DNA of 64,000 nt from Octopus vulgaris. Taxonomy: Eukaryota. The position numbers and the translations under genes are program-made. This document shows, one piece after another, positions 13,325-27,330 of this stretch; position 1 is the first letter of the stretch; each line of letters starts with the position of its first letter. Location of the stretch: positions 140,988,001 to 141,052,000 of the forward strand of contig OX597814.1 in NCBI GenBank assembly GCA_951406725.2. Reading direction: 5' to 3'. Under the pieces are notes generated by a model. It did not search any database and had not been told where the DNA came from. It worked only from the letters and a program-made list of their open reading frames with translations.

Positions 13325-16280
13325 TATGTAAATATCAAGTCACTACTTTAAATCCGAAATGATGATTAAAGGAATTAAACATAATACGAATGCAGAGTCA
13401 ATAATTACATAGAATCCATTATTTTATGGTTATGTCTCGCTACCGAATAGTATTGCATACTTTACAAGTGCTTCATACATTCTGCTTTTAGTATAGGGCG
13501 AAGGAGAATCAATTCCCGCTGCGAACAGACCTTTTATTCTCTGATCATCCATCCTTCTATTACGATAAATACTGTGCTTTGGCTGAAACTACATTTAGCA
13601 ATAATAAGATCAACTATGAGACAATGAGGGCGCCGGAGTTTGCTCGTTCTACATGTTAGAAAAAGTAACCAAATCCCTTTTAAATCAACACCATATTGTC
13701 TTAAAAAGGAAGGGCGTTTTGGAGAATCTAGTCTTAGTTATATTATGTTAGAAAATAGAAAAAAGAAAAACCCAGAAACCAAACAATATTTGTCTCATCT
13801 GGAACATTTTTATTCACAAGTCTTCAAGATCAAACACCGACAACTTCAGATAACTAAGGTAACAAAAATCTAGGTAACAGAAACTATTAACTACGTCCAA
13901 TAAGTTGTGATTCATGGATTTAGTTTCACAGGTGTTTTTATTGGTGATCGGGAAATTTATTATATGTGAAGTCTTTGTTGTCACTTTATCGGAGATAATT
14001 TGTGTAACCTTAGCTTACATTATATATTTCCTTCTGGATACTGAGTAAACCTACTCTCCAGATATCGTGTTCTTTCTTTTATGGCATTTTAGTCTATCAT
14101 ATGCTGACCTTTTTGACCAGGCTTCCAGGCTTACAACATTGTTTTCTGAAACTCTTCGATAAATTCTGCAACAAAAGACAAATGAATGCATAAACTTTCC
14201 GAGGGCAACTAATCTTGAACTTCTGTGTTACAGTTTAAAGAATTGTTATGAATATAAGGAGAATGAGACCGGCTTAGGCGAAAAATTTGAATTTCTAATT
14301 TAACTCACTGCCAACCTTAAACCTGCAAAAAGCAATCTTACAGAATATAATTAATAGGTGAGAATGGGGGTCCAAGGAAAGGTGGCAGATGAAACCGCGA
14401 AACAGCTATTAATAAAAATACAATGTTCTATAAAGAATATTTGGTGCTAATACAATCATTCATAAATAGATCACTGTATAGATAGCACGAACGGCATTGG
14501 AATACAAATGGAGTTTAAAAGCACACTTGAAATGCAAATATTGATGATAAAAACCGGGAACAGGAAACATTGATATAATAAAAGCATACATAGCACCACC
14601 ATCATAAAGAGTTCTCTCAACAAGCTACATATTGAATCTATAACATTTCAACATACTACCAAACTAAACAAGACCACATGACACATCCTGATGCAAAAAT
14701 ACTACAGATAATACTAGAGGAAACACAATGCAATCACGATTAAACCATTTTTATATGTTAAACAATCTATACAAAATGCTCGTATACCGAACCAAGTCTA
14801 CAACAGCTTCTCTTCAAGCACCACTTTCTTCTCCACATGGGTTTCACTAAGTTTGTGTCTATAAAAAAAAAACCTTTAAAAAGCCCTGATAGAACCATTT
14901 CCTCTCAGAAAGAGAATTACACTTTACTGAATTCATTTCAACAATAACAAAATATCGATACTTTCATGCAAATATTCAACAAAATAATTGAAGAAGCTTC
15001 GAAAAATTATATCCCACAAGAGAAACAAAGTTAAAAATACAAACCTTACTACAACGACCTTCCTGATTAAAACATGTGACAGTCTCTTATCAAAGTAACA
15101 CACAATAGAAATAGAACTCAATATCCAGGAAATAAAAAGGAAACCGCAGAGAGAGAAAAAAATTTCCATTATAAACCACAAAAGGAGAAAATACTATACA
15201 AAGTAAATAGCAACAATTCTAACGTTAAAAATATCATGCAGTCGGTCATTAGAGCAATCTCAAGTAATACAACAATACTGTAACGGCAAGTAAACTCACT
15301 CGTGAAATACTTTTCAAAATTCTCTTAGCGAAAATAATTCACAAAGGAAATAGGAAGGCAAAACAAAAGATGCATCTTGACCATTCTTTCCACACACACT
15401 CATACACTCTCTGTTTCTACATCTTAAACACGCAAAAAATAGTACGACTATATATGTGTGTACATGTGTGTGTATGTATGTGTGTATGTGTGTCCCCGAG
15501 GGTTTATGTGTGTGTGTGTTTGTGTGTGTCTGTTTGTGTGTGTGTGTGTATGTGTGTGTGTGTAGTATTAATGCTTGACAAATAAAACACTACGATCATT
15601 GATGGAATGCTCTTGATCATAGCTCTACTCAGTCAGAAACGACCTTGGGCTAGACATCAACAACAACAATAAAAACAATAAATCTCATTAACCCTAAGCA
15701 CAATTATTTATGACTTAGTCAAAGGGGAAGGGCTGCATCCGTGAATCTCTTTTTGCAATGCATTCGAAACGAAAGATGTGTGACCAAGTTTGTTGGACTC
15801 CCGATCATAAGGTCATGGTTTCGATTCTCAGGCCGGGTGGCACGTGCTGTGTTGGAGCAAAACACTTCATTTCATATAGCTCCACTCCACTCGGAATCCT
15901 GTATAGAATCCTGTCGGATGAATCGTACTTGTATTTCAGACAGAACATCCTTGTCATACACCACTTTACACTGATGCTTCCGGAAAATTACATTTAGGCC
16001 ATAAACAATGACACACCTGGTCTTGTCATTTGAACCCCAACCAGATCATTATGTATAGCCAACATCTCCAGCAACTAGAGGCTGTCATATTTTCCATCAT
16101 ACGCCCTCCGTTAGTATTTGTCTACGTTGTTCAAATACACACCACTGGCCACTCTGAATTATTTCCCTTTGCTCATTTTTGTTTAATTTATGCAAATTAC
16201 CTAGGCCATAAATGCGTTCTACTCTTTTTTTTTTGTATATGTCCATTGGATTCTGGAGTTAGAGATGCTAGATAATTGCC

Positions 16281-16319
16281 GTGCTGGTGAAACCTTATGA
16301 GGCAGAAATACGTGTCCAC
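16281..16319 (+). ncRNA. Degenerate minimal hammerhead ribozyme motif
   Basis: GTG-CTGGTGA-AACCTTATGAGGCA-GAAA-T-ACGT-G-TC-CAC. A6G core variant with a palindromic loop 3. Confidence 0.45.
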
Positions 16320-16582
16320 AACTGTCCTCTTATCTCTAGATAATGAGCCTGTCCTTTTCCTTAATGGCATATCAACTATACAAAATTCTTGAGTCTTGAG
16401 ATTATCTCTACTTCCCATATAGACTTGATTTTAATTGCCTTTTGGTAATTATGACACAACCTCTAAAAGCGGAAATACTTTTAATAAATAAAGAATTTAT
16501 GTTGTATGGTATTTGATGTACCGTTTTTATCTATGATGTTCATTTACATGCCAGTGGCTACTCTCAGCTCTTTCTCCTAGCC

Positions 16583-16667
<85 letters not shown>

Positions 16668-17052
16668 GTATGTATGTATGTATGTATGTATGTTTGCATA
16701 AATATTTTGTATGTGTGCGTATAAGTGTGATATAAATGTCAACAAGAGTTGAAAGAACACTAGATGAAGAGTGAATATTTACTATAGAAAAAGTATTACT
16801 CATTAAATGTGTGTGTCTATATATATATATATATACTTATTTAATGAGTAATACTTTTTGTATAGTAAATATTTCACTCTTTACACACACACACACACAC
16901 ACATTATATATTCGCACTCATACACTCTGTTTCTACATCTTAAACACGCAAAAAATAGTACGACTATATATGTGTGTACATGTGTGTGTATGTATGTGTG
17001 TATGTGTGTGTCCGAGGGTTTATTTGTGTGTGTGTGTTTGTGTGTGTTTGTT

Positions 17053-17092
<40 letters not shown>

Positions 17093-17278
17093 TGTGTATG
17101 TATGTGTGTGTGTGTGTGTGTGAGTTAACGCATGCAATCTTTTATGTCAAATATAAAATGAAAGTCTGTGTACACAAAAGGCAGACATAAAAGAAAACAA
17201 AAACAAAAGCAAAAAACAAAAACGAAATATTAATATATTAGTATATGTATATTATACATATATGTATTATGTATGTTG

Positions 17279-17333
<55 letters not shown>

Positions 17334-17367
17334 CATGCACATATATATATATACATACATGCACATT

Positions 17368-17408
<41 letters not shown>

Positions 17409-17909
17409 CATATATGTATATATGTATATATAAACCTAAAACAAACAAGAATCTAACTGAAGAAAAGTGTTTGGTAAACTTTCTACATTGATCTATTCAT
17501 ATACATGGTGTATACAGAGTTGTATAAAATTACTATAAAAAATATATAAAAATAAATAACATGATACGTTGTAAATATCCAAGTAGAAAATAAACATCTG
17601 AGAATAAATTGATATAATAACAGGAATCAGAAAAAATAAAAAATTAATAAAACACACATAAAAGATAACAAATACAAGGAGAAATAAAAAGAGGGAAAAA
17701 AAATTTAATAAAACAACAAAACAAAAGCAACTAGTAGGAAACGAAACGAAACGAAAAAATATAACTCCTACTCCCGGTCCTTCATCTCCACCCTTCTTTC
17801 TTTCCGTCCCCCAGGCCAAAAGCTCGAAGGGAAAATAACCAGAAACTAACGCTGTAAATAGAATATTTTGTCAGATTGAAATAGAATGAAGCGCTAATTA
17901 AGTTCTCAA

Positions 17910-17988
<79 letters not shown>

Positions 17989-18662
17989 TTGCTGTCTCCT
18001 TGTTTGTCTTCAAATTCTTTCGTGAATTTTTACTTTGAATAGATTTCATTTCCTTATTCTTTTATTCACTAATTCACGCATTCATCCATTCGTTTATTCA
18101 TTTAATTTATTTCAATATTTTGCTTGTTACAGCCACTGGGCTGCGGCCATGCTATAGCATTGCCTTGAACGGTTTTAGTCGATCATATCGACTTCTTGTA
18201 CATTATAAAAAAAAATAAAAGTCTGGCGCTCAATTTAGCGATATCTGTTTGTCGCATCACTAGATTATGGTCCAAAAACGCCTACGACGTTTTGCAAGAT
18301 GTGTCAATGTAAAGATAGACACATACAAACATTCACATATATGTATGAAGGACAGCCTTTCTTGAAGTCGTTACCGCTACCTCATATCACACTTTGAAGG
18401 TTATGCGTTTGGAAATTGCTACAAAATACTTTATAAACAAAAGAGGCAGTAAAAATTTAGGGCCCTCAAGATGAAGGCAAAAATATCGATTCTGTAACGT
18501 TTCTGTGGAAGAATATACATGTCATCAGCGGCTGCTCAAAAATGTCATCAACATACTACATTCCAATGCAATATGGCGTTGTCTTTAAAAACAATATGCA
18601 ATGCCATCCGAAAGAAAGACTCTGAGATAAATATAGAGAAAATTCCTGTTATTGAATACATA

Positions 18663-19356
18663 CAAGGAGTGTTCATTAAAGATTTCCCCTGACCCACTTT
18701 CGGTTATTTCAGAAAAGGGAACTTGTACAGGTATAATTACACATGTCTCTACATGTCACATCGTAAATTGCAGCTTTCCACAAGTATTCGTTTGTTTTTT
18801 ACTGCTGCTGTTATAATAGGTGTTATAATACAGGCAGATGAATGCAGATCAGTGATCAGGTTCTTATACTTGAAAAGGCTTACACCAAAAGAGACTTTCG
18901 ATGAGATGAAAGAAGTTTATGGTGACGATGCACCATCATACGACGTAGTCAAACACTGGTATCGCCAGTTCAAATGTGGTCGGATATTGGTGGAAACTGC
19001 TCCTATTTCTGGACGGCTATATTCCGCCATTGATTACAACACCTATGAAATCCTTTCTCATCCATCTTATTCTCCCGACCTCGCCTCAAATGACTTTCAC
19101 CTCTTTCCAATCATGAAGTCTTTTTTGAAGGGGGAGCACTTTTCGGATGATGTTGAACTTATTTTCGAGGTAAAGTCTTGGCTCCAGATGCAACCTACCG
19201 ACTTTTACAGACGAAGTCTTCACAGCTGCATAATGCGATAGAAGTGTGTCACCATTGATGGTGACTATGTAGCGAAGGACTACAAATTATGCCAAGTTTC
19301 CTTCCTCCCAGTTCTTGGGAAGTGGGTCAAGGGAAATCTTTAATGAACACTCCTCG
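18663..19356 (+). mobile_element. Internally deleted mariner element with intact TIRs
   Basis: About 37-bp TIRs C(A/G)AGGAGTGTTCATTAAAGATTTCCC(C/T)TGACCCACTT and TA TSD. ORF 18723-19241 fuses the N-terminal HTH (RSVIRFLYLK..EMKEVYGDDA..WYRQFKCGR) to the C-terminal HPSYSPDLASNDFHLF. Confidence 0.9.
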
Positions 19357-19361
19357 TACAT

Positions 19362-19470
19362 AAACATCGACACAAGGAATATTAGTTGAACATTTCCATC
19401 AAAACTTCTAAGTGCAAGCATAAGAGGCCAGATATCGTTGTTTGGGACAAACACAAAAAAGTATATATTA
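19362..19470 (+). mobile_element. Short R4/Dong-like RLE endonuclease remnant
   Basis: Translates to KCKHKRPDIVVWDKHKK, similar to the PDIMIWD motif of 22801-23491. Confidence 0.45.
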
Positions 19471-20593
19471 ATAACTGGTTGGGACACCGTATTTCGTTTT
19501 GTAAACATAATATACTAACAAGTATATTCTAGGTTTATAAGTCAATACGGTGTCCTATTTTGTGTTAGCAGTGCGTTGTTGTCATTTTTTTAAAGTGTAT
19601 ATTTACTGGTTAGAATTTGGAGCTACCATTGTTTACATAGACGTATTCGTATATGAAACATTGTGACTTCCAGTACTGGCTCTAAATACCATAGAAAATC
19701 TGTAAGGATGCACTTAAAAAAAAAGAAGAACGATCGCATTGTTTACACAGACGTATTCGTATATGAAACGTCGTAACTTTCAATGCTGGCTCTAACTTCT
19801 ATACATTTAAGAAAAGAAAAAGAGTATGTACCCTCATCGAGGTTAGCTACTTTGCTGACGTGAATATCTCTCGAAAATTATAATGGAAGGGAATAACTAT
19901 GGACAACTGCTTGGAAACTTTTATTTTCTTTATCCAGATAATAAATTCACGTTTATACCAATCATAATTGAAGCAACTGGTTTTGTGAGTAAATACTGGG
20001 TTTTCTGAAGAAACAATCAGCCGGCTAACAAGTATATCAGATATACAGTCTGTAAATAGCACAGTAAAAATATGTAAGACTTTTCTTTAGTTGAACATGT
20101 GACATTGTTTTAATTATATTCCAACGATAGGGCTTTGTATCTTTGTTAGAAATTAGATCCTTCCTTACAAATAACTAAAAAAACAGAAAATCTGTGTGCG
20201 TGCATGCAAGCATGTGTATGTGTGAGTGTGTGTGTGTGTGTGTGTGCGTGTGTGTCTGTGCGTGCATATGTACGGCGGCCTTCTGCAGTGTCATCACCTG
20301 CCATTTTCTCTCACATGACATTGGTCACTTTGCGGCTATTATACTAGTCACTTGCTCAAGATGCCTTTCACTACGATCGAACCCAAGATCACGTTGTTGC
20401 GACGTGAACTTCTTCGGTAAGTATGGTACCGTCTAAGCTGATGAGATATGCCAGGATTTATCTTACTGAAATGATTAAAAAATATTAATCATTCACTTAA
20501 TATTGTCTTTTTTTCACCTTGTTAAGCTAATTAAAGTCTTCTATATACACACACACATACATACATACATACATACATACATACATACATACA

Positions 20594-20629
<36 letters not shown>

Positions 20630-20727
20630 TAAATATATATATATAATTGAAAACTAAGAGGTGAGTGGAGATTTATTCACATCCAAAACGTTTTATTAAA
20701 AAAAGTTATTACACCGTATATAACAAT

Positions 20728-20812
20728 GACCAACATATGTTTCAATTGCAGCAACTGCACATTGCTCTGTATGCAATTATGCATCCTAGTCGTTGAAATT
20801 TCCTCAAGGGTC
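20728..20812 (-). ncRNA. Degenerate hammerhead ribozyme motif
   Basis: Minus: GACC-CTTGAGGA-AATT...AATT-GAAA-C-ATAT-G-TT-GGTC (1-nt insertion in the core). The element's 3' end abuts (TA)n at about 20645. Confidence 0.45.
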
Positions 20813-21549
20813 CATCACTTACGGCGTTTTCAAAGTGAACTAATTCAAACATATGAATACATATATGATGGACTCTGCCTTCGTAGATGACGTATGAGTG
20901 TCCAGCTTTTGCCGAACGACCTGCACAAATGATTTGTTTATAGTGATCAAACATATGTGCCATACATTAGCTCATTCTCTCCATCAAATGAACGTTGCTT
21001 GGTCGGGTGCACTGTGTACCATGCGTCAGGTGTCGAAGTGATCGCAGACCAACCTGAAATGAAGTGTTTTGCTCAAGAACACAACGCATCACCCGGTCTA
21101 GGAATTGAAACTACGATCTCGCAATCGTGAATAAAATACCCAAACCACTATTTAATTACACACATACATATATGTGAATATATATGCATATATACACACA
21201 TACTTATATATACAAGTATGCATCTGATCGTTTTACTTCTGATCGTTTTACTTCTGTAAGAAGGAGAATCTATCCCATATATACCTATTTCGTGGCAATT
21301 ATAATAAATTATATTCCAAATGTAAAATACATTCTAATATATTTCCTATTTATTTCGGAGAAACAAAGATATTAAAATTCTATTTGGATATATATACTTC
21401 AATCTCAATTGATGTCATCAATGTTATATTGAATTTTGACTATTTTGGGAAAAATCATATAATTTTTTTAAAATCATAAAGTATTGGTTTTCAAATAGGG
21501 AGGTTTTTAAATCAGAAATGTTGAGAGAAAGAGAAAGGCAGTTTGTTGT

Positions 21550-21605
<56 letters not shown>

Positions 21606-21636
21606 CACACACACATAGATACATGTATATAAATAG

Positions 21637-21671
<35 letters not shown>

Positions 21672-22800
21672 GATTTTTTTTAGAAAAAACATAAATCCGG
21701 AGAAGAAGCACGCTCTAAGAAGTAGAACAGTCTATATTAATTACTGGTGAAGGTCGGTTTATGAGGTTACCATAGGTTTCTCGCCATACATACATACATA
21801 CATACATACATACATACATACATACATACATACATACATTCTCACATATTATATAGATAGATAGATAGATAGACAGATAGCTTGACAGATTGGCAGACCG
21901 AGCGATTGACTGATAGATAGACAGATAGGCAGATATACAGATAAATAGAAAGACTGATAATTAGATAGACAGACAAATAGACGGGGACATGCACGCACGC
22001 ACACACACATACACACACACACTATACGTACATACATAAGTTAAATAGATTTGTAGATAGGTAGATAGATAAAGATAGGGAGAGGGAGAGAGAGAGGCAG
22101 AGATAGATAAATAGAGTGGGAGAGAGAGAGACAAGGAGAGATAAATAAAGAAGGAGAGAAAGAGAGAGAAAGAGAGAGAGAGAGAGAGAGTGTGTGTGTG
22201 TGTATGTGTGTGTGAGTGAGAAGAAGAATTCTGAAAGTATTCATTTGCTTTACCCGCCATGTTCTTCAGTTGCTACTCGAATTTAAATGTTCAAAAATAA
22301 TTTCCGTTTAAACCGTTTCACTTGGTTTTCGTTACAGTATATTTCTTCATATTTTCTGTGTACAGTACCGTCTTGAGACGTGCGGGCACTGGGCACTTGT
22401 CCAGGGGCTCCACGGGTCTACGGACCTAATTGTGATATATGCATATTGTGGTTTGCTGTCAAGAAAAATAGGACCCTGTGCATTGATTTGCCAGATGCCT
22501 GAGACAGCCCTGCATGTGTGCACATTCATCTGGCATGCTAAATATACACTCAATTCTTTGAATTCTTCTTCTGGCTTTAAGAGAAAATTGCTTGTAAATG
22601 TAAAGGATTCCCCAGCTTACATTTAGTAACAGTTAATAATTGGTGCATGAATGTGTAATGGTGGTCAGAACGTTGCCGTTTTTCTAGCATTAGCCATACA
22701 TACATACATACATACATACATACATACATACATACATACATACATACATACATAATACATACATACATACATAATACATACATACATACATACATACATA

Positions 22801-23491
22801 GCTAGGACAATCTATAATGAAATCCGTCAGAAGGATACTACCGAGGACAAAGAAATAAAAGCTAACAGTATCGTAGAAGATATAGCCACTCATAATGAAA
22901 AGGAATGCTGGTGGAATGTACCAGTGAAGACCTCAATAAAATGTTAGCCCAACAGCCCTGATATAATGATTTGGGATAGAGAAGAGAAACTGTGCACAGT
23001 TGTGGAAATTAGCTACCCAGCTGATGTTAAAATAAAGCTGAAGATCAGTGAAAAAAGAGAACACCTATGCTGAACTATTGAGAAATCTGCAGTTACTTTA
23101 TCCTGATTACAAGTTCAGGTTTATACCTGTAATTATTGGTGCCCTGTGATATGTAACACACTGTCTGAATACCAATTTGGAGAAATTAGACTTCTCAAAA
23201 CCAGAAAGGAGAAAGCTAATTCGAAGACTACAGATCCAATCCATCACTGGAACTGTGAAAATCTGTGAAACTTTCCAGATGTTTATCATTTAAAATATCT
23301 ATGAGCATGTCTAGATATGTAACTATATGCATGAGAATACATACATAAAACATAAAAATCTGCACATACATACATACAAACAAAAATGCCCTGTTATTGA
23401 TGTTGAAATTCCAATGAAGGGACCTGGGATCTAGGTTAGAACCCAGTTCTTTCTCTATTAGCAAGAAATCTTGAAATAAACTGAATATTGA
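22801..23491 (+). mobile_element. 5'-truncated R4/Dong-like non-LTR retrotransposon (restriction-like endonuclease domain) in (CATA)n
   Basis: Translation WWNVPVKTSIKC*PNSPDIMIWDREEKLCTVVEIS..KISEK / TYAELLRNL..RFIPVIIGAL matches a PD..(D/E) RLE domain, with stops and a frameshift. Flanked by CATA repeats. Confidence 0.8.
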
Positions 23492-25616
23492 CATACATAT
23501 ATCAACCGGCTAATTCGTACATTACAAGTGCAATGTGTGAGTGGAACAGTAAAAATATGCAAGACTTTTCTCAATTTCCAAATGTGATTTGTCTGTGTTA
23601 ACTACGTCTCAAAGATAGAGCCTTGTATCTTTGTCGGAAACCGGCTCCCTCCTCAGTGGAAGATTTATAATAATTAAAAAGTAGAAGAGACATACATACA
23701 TACATACATACATACATACATACATACATACATACATACATACATACATACATACATACATACATACATACACACACACGCGTACACGCACACACAAACA
23801 CACACGCACGTACAGACGTATGTATACATACGCATGTACACACACTCATGTACACACACGTATGTATAAAGCTAATATGCCTACTTCAGTTAAGCTGTTA
23901 CTTTATTATATGTCATCATTCTATAGTGTCATAATAACGTAAGTTGTAAACTTGTTATTCGTTAATAGGAAAGAATCTGCTCTCTTTCTTAGGGCAAATG
24001 TATTGGAAGTGAGCCAATGGGAAACCCCCACATCGCTGGTGAACAGATGTTTGGCACCGGAGCCGAATTTAAAGTGCATACGAAACATAAAAAGTTGAGA
24101 GAGATAACGACCTTTTAATTGCACATATTCGTATGCAGGCGTAATTAAAACGTTACAATGCATTAATTAATAAAACAGTTAAAATGTTTTAAATAACGAA
24201 ACATCAAAGGCATTACAACGCATAATGTTTTAGATTTAAAGGAAATTCGTAATGGAAATATTCTTTGTTTAATGTTTTAAGGAGGAGTGCTCGGACTATT
24301 TATATGGATTACAAAAACGGTGAGAGATGGGTTAGCCGGGTGGGTTTAAGTATTTTTTTCCGGAGGAGGATCAGAGATATTAGATGAGACTGATAATGTG
24401 GTAGCTATTAGTTAGTTTCATCTCATCTCATTTTCTCTGCTCACGTATTCTTGGGAGATCCGCGGGAGTAGAGTCCCAAGCAAGACAAACCAAGCTCATG
24501 GATATTATCCAACCATTTTGTTCGCTGTCTACCCTTGGGTCCCCTACTTGTTGGTTTTGACCGTAAATCCCGTCCAGCGGTTCTTTCCTGGAACATTCTT
24601 ACCACATGTTCGTTATATCGAAGCTGATAGGATAAAGGATAAACATCCTTCCTGTGTCATATAGACTCATAGGACCAGTCTCCCGGTGTACTTGGCGTAT
24701 ATATTCCCCACCTGGATAGGACGCCAATCCGTCACAGGATTATTCCTTTTTGCCTGCTGAGTGGACTGGAGCAACTGTCTTGCCTGCTGGATAGACTGCT
24801 GAGTCACAACGCGTCACCCGGTCCAAGAATCGAAACCACAATCTTACGACCACGAGTCCAACACTCTAACCGCTAATCCACGTACTTCCACAATATCAGA
24901 CTGTGATCTCTCAATTCGGAGAAGTAATGGCTCTACTTGGAAAGCCTCTCTGGTCTCCGAGTGACGCACTCTATCGTGTAACGTTACTCAAAAGACCCTT
25001 CTGACGCCTGTAATCACGATCGTATTCTTTCAGTCATTACCCAAGATTCAGGAGCATAGTTAGCTTTAATATATTTAAGTCTTGCACGCATGTGGTTCTT
25101 CACTAAAGTTGGATATTTTTCAATATCTAGATAGGATTTATAAAATTCCAATAAGATAAACCATTAATTTACATATCAAAGTATTATCCGATCGTAAATG
25201 AATTAACTCGAGTTGGCAACATCCAGGACTTTCAGCTGGCATCATATCAAAATGAGTTTCGCTTATTCGCTGGTTGAGCTTGTGATTCTGTAAATTTAAA
25301 AACCACTTTTGAAATTGACCCAAAAGATTGGAACATCCCCATCTGTGATTCTGATTTCGGTTCTTTCAGTGTTAGAGAATAAATGTACCATGGAGTATTT
25401 CTTTATTTGAGTAAAGAGTAATTGCAGCATCAATTCAAAGCTTGTTATTAGCAAGAATAAAGTCTGATTCGGCCTTCGTAATTTCAAACTTTAGATCCTT
25501 TAAGCAGTTACAGCTGTCGACCAAAATTATCAAATGGCATAACGGTTTTAGCTCTTCAAATACTATAATGATATAAATCCATGAAGGGTTTCTTTTCCTT
25601 TCAACTTAAAAATATA

Positions 25617-25925
25617 GGCGCAGGCATGGCTGAGTGGTAAGAAGCTTGTTTCTCCACCACATGGTTCCGCGTTCAGTCTCACTGCGTGGCACCTTGGGCA
25701 TGTGTCTTCTACTATAGTCTCAACTAATACCTTGTGAATGGATTTGGTAAACGGAAACTGAAAGATGCCCGTCGTATATATATATATATGTCTATGTGTG
25801 TATGTCTTCGTGTCTGTGTTTGCTCCTCCACACCGCTTGGCAATCGGTGTTGTTGTGTTTACGTCCCAGTAACTTCGCGGTCCGGCGAAAGAGACTAACA
25901 GGATAAATAACAAAAAGGTAAAAGA
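25617..25925 (+). mobile_element. SINE (GGCGCAGG family)
   Basis: Head GGCGCAGGCATGGCTGAGTGGTAAG, homologous to 9065-9455. Confidence 0.75.
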
Positions 25926-26079
25926 TGAAAAATGTGCTCTAGGGTGCGTCATTTGCTTAGCTACCGAATTTCAGAACAGAGCAATAACTCACCATATCCC
26001 TCTTCGAGATCCTTACTTTTCTTTTAATTCTCTGCTGTTGAATCGTTTTAAATAAAATTAATACATTTTGTTATCACTT

Positions 26080-27330
26080 TCATCAAACTTTTCCTTAGAG
26101 AATATGTTCATATATTTTGTTGCTGATTAAAACAATGACACACAATTAAAGTATTACAATCCAGTCGACAGCTTGCCAGTTAGTTCTCGATTAAAGCAGA
26201 AAGTCCATTTGGATTTGTAACATGCTATGTTTGTTATTTGGCTGTCTAGACTTAAATAGTTGCTAATCGGCATATTTTGCCGGTTTTCTGCAAGTAATCA
26301 TATGAGCATACCCGTTCGTGCCGACTGGATTTGCCAGGCCAGCAAAAGTGTGGTCCGTTTTGAGCCTACATGTAGCTATAAATAAAGAATTTCTGCTGAG
26401 TATAGCCAAAGAGGAAAGAATTGTCAGCAGAGATCTTTGACGCCTTGCTTGGTGTTGTTCATCACGTACAATGTATTTTTGTTAACAGAATTATTCATGT
26501 TATACCAATTTGCTGTATCTTCTATTAGTGGAGAAATAAATGCGGCCGTCAATTTTTACCTGTGTGTTCGTATTTCTTGATGCTCTTTATCATGACTCGT
26601 TAGAAACAAGATTATAATATTACCAGGGCCGTAGCTATATCACCTTTTCACCTCGCTAAAACTTTACCATAATTCCCTCTAATTTTGGCACAAGGCTAAC
26701 AATTTTTAAGGGAAGAGGGAATTCGATTACATCGACGCCATTGCTCAACTGGTACTTATTTTATCGACCCCGAAAAGATGAAAGGCAAAGTCGACCTCGA
26801 CGGCATTTGAACTCAGAATGTAAAGCCGGAAGAAATGACACTAAACATGTTGTCCGGCGTGCTAACTATTCTACCAGCTCTCCATAATGAGTCTACTATA
26901 ATGACACAGTAAGCGGCTCCACCGCTGATTTGACCCCACAAAAACTATCTTTGCCTCTGATAATCTCGAGCATTGATTTTAAAGCAAGTAAACCTTCTCA
27001 CATCGAAACTTCTCCGTTATCAAAGTGCAAATATAGCAAGCTGTACCGTATCTATTATGTTTATTTCAGCTACAGCTATTGATTAAGACAGAAATGTCGA
27101 CACTGTTTGTTTCAAAGATAAATGGACATCGTTATCGATGACTTTATATAAAGTTAGAAACTGTCCTTCGTGATAAATAAATATTCTCAAATTATCTAAC
27201 ATTTCTGGAGTTAGGATTGAAGAAACATCAGCTTTACACTCGTCGTAGACATGTAATTTTGCTTTCTTTGCAATTTCCTCACACGCTTCATAGCTTGCTT
27301 CATGAAAGTATTTTCATTATTTTGAAAATA
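26080..27330 (-). mobile_element. Ancient hAT (Charlie/SPIN, GTF2IRD2-like) transposase remnant interrupted by a SINE (about 26685-26885)
   Basis: Collinear decayed motifs on the minus strand: LSRRTV, IIDTVQLAIF (DTAQLAIF-like), LLALKSM, GKVLAR, QIQMDF. Confidence 0.55.

Noticed and set aside
14370-14415. CAGATGA..GAAAC-AGCT-ATT motif
   Set aside because: Stems I and II do not pair.
21768-21785. HHR 3' half on the minus strand (GAAACCTATGGTA); similar at 60427-60440
   Set aside because: No CTGANGA half or stem I partner, so it cannot be called a ribozyme.
25140-25500. Second hAT fragment (ITDGDVPIFWVNFKSGF)
   Set aside because: A single weak motif, insufficient for a feature call.
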